A stretch of DNA of 64,000 nucleotides from Acidobacteriota bacterium (GTDB lineage Bacteria > Acidobacteriota > UBA890 > WLXD01): contig CBDBHB010000007.1 in NCBI GenBank assembly GCA_965205505.1, positions 64,001-128,000 of the forward strand, in the 5' to 3' direction. The translations under genes were made by a program, and so were the position numbers. Below, in pieces: positions 56,526 to 64,000 of the stretch (its first letter is position 1; each line of letters starts with the position of its first letter). The notes beneath the pieces were generated by a model that saw nothing but the letters and a program-made list of their open reading frames with translations, had not been told where the DNA came from and did no database searches.

Positions 56526-57926
56526 TCAGTCCTGCTCGTCGCGCCGCACGGCGCTGGCACGCTTCGCCCACCCTTCGTGCACTACCTGCCGGCCTCGCGC
56601 AATCCCTAGTGAATGATCCGGCACGTCCTTGGTGATCGTCGAGCCGGCCCCCACGTAGGCTCCGCGCCCGATCCGTACCGGCGCCACGATCGCGGTGTTG
56701 CTGCCGATGAACGCGCCTTCGCCGATCAGCGTCCGGTGCTTGTTCACACCATCATAATTGCAGGTGATAGTTCCCGCCCCCACGTTCACGTCAGCGCCGA
56801 TCTCCGCGTCGCCGAGATACGTGAGATGACCGGCTTTGCTGCGGGGGCCCAGCTTCGTTTTTTTTACCTCTACGAAGTTACCCACCTTGGCTCGCTCACA
56901 GATGTGCGCGCCGGGACGCAGCCGCGCATAGGGTCCAACGCTAGCGCCATTCTCCACCACGGCGTTCTCCAGCACGCTGCCGTCGTACAACACGACGTCG
57001 TCGCCGATCTCGCTCTTGCTAACGCGGACGTTGGGGTAGATCCGGCACCGGCGCCCCACGGCAGTGCCCGCTTCTAGCGTGACACCCGGATAGATCACCG
57101 TATCGTTGCCGACGCTTACGTCGGCGTCGGCGGAGACGGCATCGGGGTTGAGCAGCGTCACGCCAGCCTCCATGAGCTCGTCGAGCTTGCGCCGCCGCAC
57201 GGTTGCCTCGGCGCGCGCCAGCTCGCTACGTGTATTCACCCCGTGAACCTCGTCGGGGTCGTCGTGGAGGAACAGGGCCACGTTGCCGCCCCGCGTCGAT
57301 AGCACCTGCAGCGTATCGGTCAGGTAAAGTTCGCCCTGGGCGTTGTTCGGCCGCAGCGCCGCCAGCGCGTCGCGCAGAGCGGGAGCCGCGAACAAGTAGA
57401 TGCCTGCGTTGACCTCGGGCAGCGCGCGTTCCTCGTCGTTGGCGTCGGACTCCTCGACGATTCGTTGCGGGGCGCCGGTCGGCGACCGGATGATACGGCC
57501 GTAACCGGTCGGATCGTCGAGCGAAACCGTCAGGAACGTTCCGGCAGCGGTGCCGTGCGACTCGATCATGGCGCTCAAAGTTCGCGCGCGGATCCCCGGA
57601 CAGTCGCCATTGATCACCAGTACCAGCCCTTCGTGGTTGCCATCCGGGAACGTTGCTGCGAGACCACACGCCGCCGCGTCGCCGGTACCGCGCGCGGGGT
57701 CCTGCACGGCGAAGCGCAGCGCAGCATCGTCAAGCGCATCGCGGATTCGGTCGTGCTCGGGCGGCACGACCAAGGTGATGCTGGCAGCGCTCAGGTCGCG
57801 TGCCGCGCGGACGACGTGCTCAATGATCGGCCGGCCGGCGACTCGATGAAGTAGCTTTGGAGTGTCGCTGCGCATGCGCACACCCTCGCCGGCGGCGAGG
57901 ATGACGACGTGAACCGGCAGCATCAC
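56526..57926 (-). CDS. glmU: Bifunctional UDP-GlcNAc pyrophosphorylase/acetyltransferase
   Basis: LAAGEGVRM...PK, GYGRI, ELYLTD, GNFVEVK, TCNYDG. Confidence 0.98.
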   Translation of the reverse strand: MMLPVHVVILAAGEGVRMRSDTPKLLHRVAGRPIIEHVVRAARDLSAASITLVVPPEHDRIRDALDDAALRFAVQDPARGTGDAAACGLAATFPDGNHEGLVLVINGDCPGIRARTLSAMIESHGTAAGTFLTVSLDDPTGYGRIIRSPTGAPQRIVEESDANDEERALPEVNAGIYLFAAPALRDALAALRPNNAQGELYLTDTLQVLSTRGGNVALFLHDDPDEVHGVNTRSELARAEATVRRRKLDELMEAGVTLLNPDAVSADADVSVGNDTVIYPGVTLEAGTAVGRRCRIYPNVRVSKSEIGDDVVLYDGSVLENAVVENGASVGPYARLRPGAHICERAKVGNFVEVKKTKLGPRSKAGHLTYLGDAEIGADVNVGAGTITCNYDGVNKHRTLIGEGAFIGSNTAIVAPVRIGRGAYVGAGSTITKDVPDHSLGIARGRQVVHEGWAKRASAVRRDEQD

Positions 57927-57946
57927 CTACTTCCTTCATGGGGCAC

Positions 57947-58807
57947 CTACTGCCCCCCGTCTCCGCTAACGACGCTACGGAAATCCTCGTGCACGCGCAG
58001 AGGCACGAAATCCGGATCGTTCTGTGCGTAGACGCGGTTGGAGTCGTTTATGTCGACGGCGGCGCGCAGAGCGCTGATCGCCGCGTCCGCGTCGCCCTTC
58101 TGCGCCAGAGCTGCAGCCTGGCAGTAGAGAATCCGATCGTCGCCCGGCGCCTGGTCGAGCGCCAAAGCAAAGGCCTCCAATGCCGTGGAGGGATTGCCGG
58201 CGTTCAATGAGACGACCCCGAACAGGTAATGGTCGTCGGCGTTCTGCGGGCTGAAGGCACTGCTACGCGCGCGGCGCTCGAGGCCGACCAGATACTGCCG
58301 AGCGCGTGCAATGAGCACAGGGTCCGGTGGGCTCGCCGCGTCCACGGCCTGGAACGATTTCATGGCCTTCCCGAATGCCCCATCGTGAAAGCGCTTCACG
58401 CCCACCCCGAATATCTTGAGAGCTTTGACCATAGTGCGGCGCCCGCGCATTTCAGCACGCCGGGTGTTCTCCTCCTCGGCGGCGTCGCACTCGGCTTCCA
58501 GGCGAGCCTCGCGTTCCCCCGGTGTCTCTGTAGGTTGAACGGGCCTGCGCGGCCGCAGGCTGGCGCTCTTGATAGGCGTAGGCCCGGTCTCCACCGGAGC
58601 GGCGTGTTCTTCGATCGTCTGCGGTGGCAGCACCGCCGGCATGGGGTCGGACTCTTTGTAGTCTTGTTTCTTCAGCCCCATGCGGCGGATCTTCGACTCC
58701 ATCGCCTTCTGGCTGACGCCGAAGTGATCGGCAAGCTCGGCGTACGTCTTGTGACGAAAGCGCTCGCGAATGAAGTCTTCGTTCTCTTCGGTCCAAGTCT
58801 TTGCCAT
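57947..58807 (-). CDS. HTH (GcrA/Myb-like)-TPR protein
   Basis: N-terminal WTEEN...YAELADHFGVS-KAMESKIRRMGL, Pro-rich linker, then TPRs ending AQNDPDF. Confidence 0.75.
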   Translation of the reverse strand: MAKTWTEENEDFIRERFRHKTYAELADHFGVSQKAMESKIRRMGLKKQDYKESDPMPAVLPPQTIEEHAAPVETGPTPIKSASLRPRRPVQPTETPGEREARLEAECDAAEEENTRRAEMRGRRTMVKALKIFGVGVKRFHDGAFGKAMKSFQAVDAASPPDPVLIARARQYLVGLERRARSSAFSPQNADDHYLFGVVSLNAGNPSTALEAFALALDQAPGDDRILYCQAAALAQKGDADAAISALRAAVDINDSNRVYAQNDPDFVPLRVHEDFRSVVSGDGGQ

Positions 58808-58893
58808 GCTAGTCATCGGCCTTTCGCAGAAGAGAAACAATGGGCGGGGGCACCGAGATTATATAGGGCCAGCCCTGCGGCGTACGCTGCATG

Positions 58894-58922
58894 TTGACAT
58901 CGCGGAAAGGCGTCGATAATGT
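58894..58922 (+). promoter_or_regulatory. Sigma70-type promoter
   Basis: TTGACA-N17-TAATGT upstream of the MBL hydrolase. A GCAAGGG/CCCTTGC hairpin follows in the leader. Confidence 0.5.
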
Positions 58923-58996
58923 CCGAGAGCCTTTTGCGGCAAGGGATATTCGTCCCCTTGCGGACAGGCGACTCAGCGCCATAGGGGGTGGCACGC

Positions 58997-59629
58997 ATGC
59001 TCGACCGGCTGATCTGGCTTGGGCATTCGGGCTTCGTCGTTAAGGGTTCTCCCAGCATTTATATCGATCCATTCCGGATCATCGGCGGGCCGCGCGCGGA
59101 TCTGGTGCTACTTACACACCCCCACTACGATCATTGCTCACCGGCTGATCTCGCGAAGATCGTCGTGGAGACCACCGAGATCATATGTCCGCGTGATTGC
59201 TTGACGACGCTCAATGAGCTCCCGGGCTTGCGCCGGATCGTCCAGCCGGGCGACAAGGTGAAACTGCATGGCGTTGGGATCGAGGCAGTTCCTGCGTACA
59301 CGCGCAAGAGCCGCATGCACGAGCGTGCCAACGCCTGGGTGGGGTATATCTTGGACATCGACGGCGTACGCATCTATCACGCCGGAGATACTGATTACAT
59401 TCCCGAAATGCGTCACATGCGGGTCGACGTCGCGTGCCTTCCCATTTCCGGCGGCGAGACGATGAATCTCGTGGAAGCTGCTGCGGCCGCCAACAGCATC
59501 GCGCCGCGGGTGGTCGTTCCGATGCACTTCGGGACCCTCGGTGCCGACATCGATCCGGACCTGTTCAGCAACCTGACGCGCGTCACCGTACGCGCATTGC
59601 GACGCGATCCCGCTTTTAGCGGCGAGTAA
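58997..59629 (+). CDS. MBL-fold metallo-hydrolase (UPF0173-like)
   Basis: WLGHSGF, IDPF, THPHYDH, YHAGDT, PMHFG. Confidence 0.92.
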   Translation: MLDRLIWLGHSGFVVKGSPSIYIDPFRIIGGPRADLVLLTHPHYDHCSPADLAKIVVETTEIICPRDCLTTLNELPGLRRIVQPGDKVKLHGVGIEAVPAYTRKSRMHERANAWVGYILDIDGVRIYHAGDTDYIPEMRHMRVDVACLPISGGETMNLVEAAAAANSIAPRVVVPMHFGTLGADIDPDLFSNLTRVTVRALRRDPAFSGE

Positions 59630-59639
59630 GCAGCGAACC

Positions 59640-61412
59640 ATGCGTTCGCGGATCGTCACCGCGGCCCTGCTGGCTTGTGGTGTTTCTCTGGCGCTATGGC
59701 TCGCCTGGTTGGCTACCGCGGGTGTGATCGGATACCGGCCGCCGCGGCTCGAGCCAGCGGTGGCGAGCGCATTGGGCCACGCATGGCGCGGTGCGGTCCA
59801 CGTGCACACAGCACTATCGGCCGATGCGACCGGCAGCGTCGACGAGATTGCAGCAGCGGCGGCCAGCGTCGACCTCGACTTCGTGGTGCTGTCCGAGCAC
59901 ACCGGCGCGCTGGGCGCCGCGGGGCGAGCGAGCCCAGGGTGGTACGGCTCGGTCTTGGTGCTTGTCGGCGAGGAAATCTCCACCTTCGACGGTCATCTCT
60001 TGGCGCTCGGACTACCACCGCACGCCTATGCGCTGGGACCGCAGGCGCGTCAGGCGCTCGACGACGTTCGTGCCCTTGGTGGCGCCTCCTGGGTTGCCCA
60101 CGCGGGCGGGGGTGTCCCTTGGACGGCGGGTCTTGGGGGCATCGTCGGGGTCGAGGTGGTGAACTTGTCGGGGGGGCTTGATCGGCTGTCACAGCGGCAA
60201 CGCTTGGGGGCCACACTGGTGTACCCGGTGAGCCCGACCGCAGGTGTGCTGCGAGCCCTTGGCGGGCGCCCACCGGCACTCGATCTGTGGAACGAGCGGA
60301 CATCCCTGTCGGCCGCGTCTCTGCCGCGACCGCTCGTTGCAATCGGGGCTGTCGATGCTCACGGGCCGGTCCGTGGGCTCGGCGTTCCGAGTTACGAGGT
60401 CGTGCTCGGCAGTTTGACCACCGTCGTATGGATGGATGAGCCACCGCTCCCGGGCCTGGCTGACCGGGCCGTTGCCGGTCGCTTGCTGCGCCGGCTGCGG
60501 AGCGGTCGGTCGGCCGTCGAGCTTTCGGCGGCGGGGCGCGCCCCCGGCCTTTCTTTCGTTGCCATCGGATCGGACGGCCGAACTGCCGTTCCAGGTCAAA
60601 CGAAGATATGGGGCGATGTCGGCTGGACACTTGAAGCGCGGCTTGGCGCGCCGGGCGATTATCGCCTTGAGCTGCTGCGCGATGGTGTGCGCGTCGGCAG
60701 CGCCGACGGCACAGGGCTCGAAGTCGCGGCTCCCGGACCCGGGACCTATCGCATCGAGGGGTATCGCACCAGCGGCCCGGTTGGCGGCGGCCGGCAGGGA
60801 GCCACGCCGTGGATCATCAGCAACCCGATCTACCTCTGGCCGGCGGCGGTGATCGCCGCCGCCAAGGTGCGGCCGGCGCCCGCCCTACCGGCACCGCCGA
60901 CCGCTCAGCCGCTGCTGCGGGAACCTGGTTGGGCGGCGGAGAGCGACCCGCTCTCGGTCAGTGCCTTGGCGCCGATGGCGGACGGGCTCCTGTGGAACGT
61001 GCGGATGCCTAACGAGGCGGCCGTAGACGCATTTTCTGCTGTAGCCTGGCGCCCCGAAACAGCGCAGGATTGGCGCCACACATTGGGACTGACCGCAGGA
61101 CTGTCGTCAGAGCGCGAGTGGCGTGTGGGTCTCCGTGTCTGGACTGCTGTGGCGGCCGGGGAGCGGACCTGGGAACTGGTCGTTGCGAGTCGTCCCGGTG
61201 CAACGCCACTGTTGTCGCCTTGGCAACATTTCCGACAGATCGGGGCAGACGGCCAGATGGTGCGCGGTGAGCGACTCGATGAGGAGCTCGCGCGGGTCAC
61301 CGGCATTGCGTTCGTCGCCACGCCGCAGCGCATGCGCCCTGGCAGCGAGGCGCGAATCGAGATTCGGCGCGTCGGCCTGTTCGGTGGTGAGGCTGACCCC
61401 AACTCGCCGTAG
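59640..61412 (+). CDS. Membrane-anchored PHP-family metallophosphoesterase with extra C-terminal domains
   Basis: N-terminal TM segment, GAVHVHT, LSEH, GEEIS, GHL, AH, DAHG, WIISNPIY. Confidence 0.75.
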   Translation: MRSRIVTAALLACGVSLALWLAWLATAGVIGYRPPRLEPAVASALGHAWRGAVHVHTALSADATGSVDEIAAAAASVDLDFVVLSEHTGALGAAGRASPGWYGSVLVLVGEEISTFDGHLLALGLPPHAYALGPQARQALDDVRALGGASWVAHAGGGVPWTAGLGGIVGVEVVNLSGGLDRLSQRQRLGATLVYPVSPTAGVLRALGGRPPALDLWNERTSLSAASLPRPLVAIGAVDAHGPVRGLGVPSYEVVLGSLTTVVWMDEPPLPGLADRAVAGRLLRRLRSGRSAVELSAAGRAPGLSFVAIGSDGRTAVPGQTKIWGDVGWTLEARLGAPGDYRLELLRDGVRVGSADGTGLEVAAPGPGTYRIEGYRTSGPVGGGRQGATPWIISNPIYLWPAAVIAAAKVRPAPALPAPPTAQPLLREPGWAAESDPLSVSALAPMADGLLWNVRMPNEAAVDAFSAVAWRPETAQDWRHTLGLTAGLSSEREWRVGLRVWTAVAAGERTWELVVASRPGATPLLSPWQHFRQIGADGQMVRGERLDEELARVTGIAFVATPQRMRPGSEARIEIRRVGLFGGEADPNSP

Positions 61413-61452
61413 CCAGGCCCGCCCGCGTCCGCCACGGTCTGTTAGCGTCGCC

Positions 61453-62541
61453 TTACCAGCGTACCGGAATCGCCTCCCACAAGCGCGCGAACGATTCGAT
61501 CTGCAACAACGGCTCCACCGATTCTCGGACGCGGCCGCCGAACACGTTGCTCATCACCGCGGTCTTGAGCCAAGGATCTCGCATTAGGGCCTCGCGGCCG
61601 GCAGCGGCGGCCTGCTCAGTTTCGCCGCGCGCCATCCTGACCGAGGCCAGCAGCAACCATGCATACCCATTATTCGGGTAAAGGGTCGTGGCTCTGCTGG
61701 CATGCTCGAGCGCCGCAGCGAGCTCGCCGTCGGCAAGCCGCTCGGCAGCTACGTCGCCGGCCAGCTGCCCTTGCCGCATATCGAGCAATCGGCGCAACTC
61801 GACGATCGGCGCCGGGTGATCCTCGACTCGCAGGTCCACAAACCGGTCGTTGAGCTGTCCGTAGCCTCCCGCCTCACGGACTACCAGCAAAGCAGCCGAT
61901 TGGCGCCCTCGCGCATCTCCGCCTGCCGCTTGCCCGGCGGCGAGGGCGGCGGCAAGGCGCGTGGCGAGATCGCCTTGGGTAGCTTCAAACGTGGCCGCCA
62001 TTGCGTCGACAACCTCGGGGCCTGCGAGGATGTTGCCCTGGATCGCATAGTGCTCGCCCACCTGACCGCCGGCCCACGGCAAACAGGCATCGCCGGTAAA
62101 GGTGGCCGCATTACCCGCAGCGTCAACCACGCCCAGCTGGCGGCGGCCACGGCCCTCGTCCTCGCCGGTGAGCGCCGCGACTATTTCCTCTGCCGAGCCA
62201 CCTTCGGCAAGCAGCTTCAGGCCCCTCGGGCCATACGTGGTATTGGCGCGCCCTTGGGTTGCCACCGCGCCTATCCCGGCGCGCGCCCACGGCACGACGG
62301 AGCCGACGCCGAAGAACTTGGATTGCACAGCCACGCCAAGATCACCGGTCTCGGGATCGAAGGCGACGATCGAAAAAGTCGCTACAGGGACCCCGTACGC
62401 TTGCTCGTCATCGGGCGGAGCCGCTCGTGAGACCGCGAGACCGGCCACGGACGCCGAGGCCAGGCTCATTGCGAGCGCCACCAAAGCCAAACCGTTGGAG
62501 TGCCGCCGTCGGGGCCTAGACCGCTCGTTCGTTTCGAACAT
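61453..62541 (-). CDS. DUF1028 (Ntn-hydrolase-like) protein with C-terminal TPR
   Basis: TFSIVA...GVAVQS, GAVATQ, QGNIL, GGDARGRQSAAL, DLRVEDH. Confidence 0.9.
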   Translation of the reverse strand: MFETNERSRPRRRHSNGLALVALAMSLASASVAGLAVSRAAPPDDEQAYGVPVATFSIVAFDPETGDLGVAVQSKFFGVGSVVPWARAGIGAVATQGRANTTYGPRGLKLLAEGGSAEEIVAALTGEDEGRGRRQLGVVDAAGNAATFTGDACLPWAGGQVGEHYAIQGNILAGPEVVDAMAATFEATQGDLATRLAAALAAGQAAGGDARGRQSAALLVVREAGGYGQLNDRFVDLRVEDHPAPIVELRRLLDMRQGQLAGDVAAERLADGELAAALEHASRATTLYPNNGYAWLLLASVRMARGETEQAAAAGREALMRDPWLKTAVMSNVFGGRVRESVEPLLQIESFARLWEAIPVRW

Positions 62542-62618
62542 CTCGCTCCCTCACGGTATGAAACAATGCCGTGCTGGTGAGTATAGAGCGCGCGACACAA
62601 ACACCCCGTTGGCAGGGA

Positions 62619-63242
62619 ATGCTCGTGGCCCTGGAAGGGATCGACGGCTGCGGCAAGTCGACGCAGGCCAGATTGTTGGCGGCGGCGCTCATCGAGCGCG
62701 GCCTGGCGGCAACGACGTTTCGCGAGCCGGGAGACACCGAGTACGGGCGTGAGCTACGCCGGATCTTCGTGGAGGGGCGCGATGTGTCGCCGCGCGAGGA
62801 GATGCGGCTATTTCTAGAGGATCGCCGCATCGACGTGCACGCCAACATTCTACCGGCCCTCGCGGCGGGCAAGGTGGTAATCATGGACCGCTACTATCTC
62901 TCGTCGGTGGTCTACCAGGGCGCCCTGGGCGTCGATCCCGAGGAGATCCTCGCGGCCAACGAGGCAATCGCTCCACGGCCACAGCTCACACTGCTATTGG
63001 ATATCCCCGTCGACGTGGCGCGCCAGCGGATTCGCGCCGCGCGCGGCTCTACCAACACGTTCGAAGAGCGCGACTACTTGGACAGCGTTCGTGCGCGGTA
63101 CCTGAGCTACTGCGATGGCGACGGTATCGTCCGCGTCGATGCCACCGTATTGCCCGAGGCGGTTCACCAAGAGTTATTGCGGCTCGTCTTGGAGCGGGCC
63201 CGGAGCCTGGGGGCGCCGTCGCGGAACGGGTGCGTCCGCTGA
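62619..63242 (+). CDS. tmk: Thymidylate kinase
   Basis: LEGIDGCGKSTQ, FREPG, DRYYLSSVVYQG. ATG at 62619. Confidence 0.95.
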   Translation: MLVALEGIDGCGKSTQARLLAAALIERGLAATTFREPGDTEYGRELRRIFVEGRDVSPREEMRLFLEDRRIDVHANILPALAAGKVVIMDRYYLSSVVYQGALGVDPEEILAANEAIAPRPQLTLLLDIPVDVARQRIRAARGSTNTFEERDYLDSVRARYLSYCDGDGIVRVDATVLPEAVHQELLRLVLERARSLGAPSRNGCVR

Positions 63243-63262
63243 ATTCCGCAAAGTGCCGACGA

Positions 63263-64000
63263 TCAGACGTTGAAACGGAAGTTCACAACGTCGCCGTCTT
63301 GGACCACGTAGTCGCGACCTTCGACGCGTAGCTTCCCCGCCTCGCGACACTTGGCCTCGCTGCCCAGTTCGAGGAGCTCGTCCCACCGCGCCACCTCGGC
63401 GCGGATAAAGCCGCGCTCGATGTCGGAGTGGATCTTGCCGGCAGCTCGGGGCGCGGCGCTGCCGGCGCGCACGGCCCAGGCCCTGCACTCGTCCGGGCCC
63501 ACCGTCAGCATGGTGATGAGGTCAAGCAGCTCGAACGCGGCGCGGACGAACCGCGCCCGCGCCGACTCTCCGAGGCCGAGCGCCTCGTAGAACTCCTGGC
63601 GCTCGTCGGCGGGCATTTGGTCGATGTCCATCTCGACTTGGGCCGAAAGCGGCACGATGCCCGTCCCGATGGCGCGCGCGTTGTCGGTGAGCGCCGCCGG
63701 AACGGAGTCTGCCACCAAGGCCTCCTCCACGTTGAGGACGAGCAACAGCGGCTTGAGTGTGAGGAACTGGTAGCCGGAGACGAGCTTCCGCTCCGTGGCG
63801 TCGAGGCCGAGTGTCCGGAGCGGCTGTTCGGCGTCGAGATGGGCCTCGATGCGCTCGAGCAGCTTGAGTTCTTGCGGGCCGGATCCGTCCTTACGCAGTC
63901 GGCCGATACGGCGCTCGATGATCTCGAGGTCTGCCAGCACCGTCTCGGCCTGCAGGTCGCGAAGCTCCTGCTGTGGGTCTTGCTCGATTCCCAGCGTGCT
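63263..64000 (-). CDS. ychF: YchF/Obg-like ATPase, C-terminal part (5' end outside the window)
   Basis: [49 protein letters not shown]. Confidence 0.93.
   Translation of the reverse strand, partial: STLGIEQDPQQELRDLQAETVLADLEIIERRIGRLRKDGSGPQELKLLERIEAHLDAEQPLRTLGLDATERKLVSGYQFLTLKPLLLVLNVEEALVADSVPAALTDNARAIGTGIVPLSAQVEMDIDQMPADERQEFYEALGLGESARARFVRAAFELLDLITMLTVGPDECRAWAVRAGSAAPRAAGKIHSDIERGFIRAEVARWDELLELGSEAKCREAGKLRVEGRDYVVQDGDVVNFRFNV

Overview
High-GC bacterial chromosome segment spanning the replication origin. Gene order and the split atp operon suggest Acidobacteriota or a related lineage (inference). From left to right: surface-glycan genes (GT4, coiled-coil methyltransferase, ugd, GT4); uvrA and rsmI; a small accessory patch (lipoprotein, decayed circularly permuted D-amino-acid oxidase, tandem collagen-like genes with one broken, PCYCGC-cytochrome c lipoprotein); surA-mfd-rfaE2-wzt-wzm; a LivK-like binding protein; atpF'-F-H-A-G-D-C; a 10-gene MrpA-less Mrp antiporter cluster; bactofilin-parB-parA with two parS sites; rsmG-jag-yidC-yidD-rnpA-rpmH; dnaA-oriC-dnaN-gyrB-gyrA; pcrA, glmS, glmU; several hydrolases, tmk and a partial ychF. 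I found no tRNA, rRNA, CRISPR array or transposase. The most unusual signal is non-coding: two 279-bp CTAG-bounded elements (20835-21113 and 36879-37157). They share a Y-shaped nested-hairpin architecture and conserved REP-like cores but have different stem and terminal sequences. Chimeric or truncated relatives occur at 9543, 20812, 21110 and 39545. Single-base indels in parA and at the rnpA/yidD junction may be sequencing errors.
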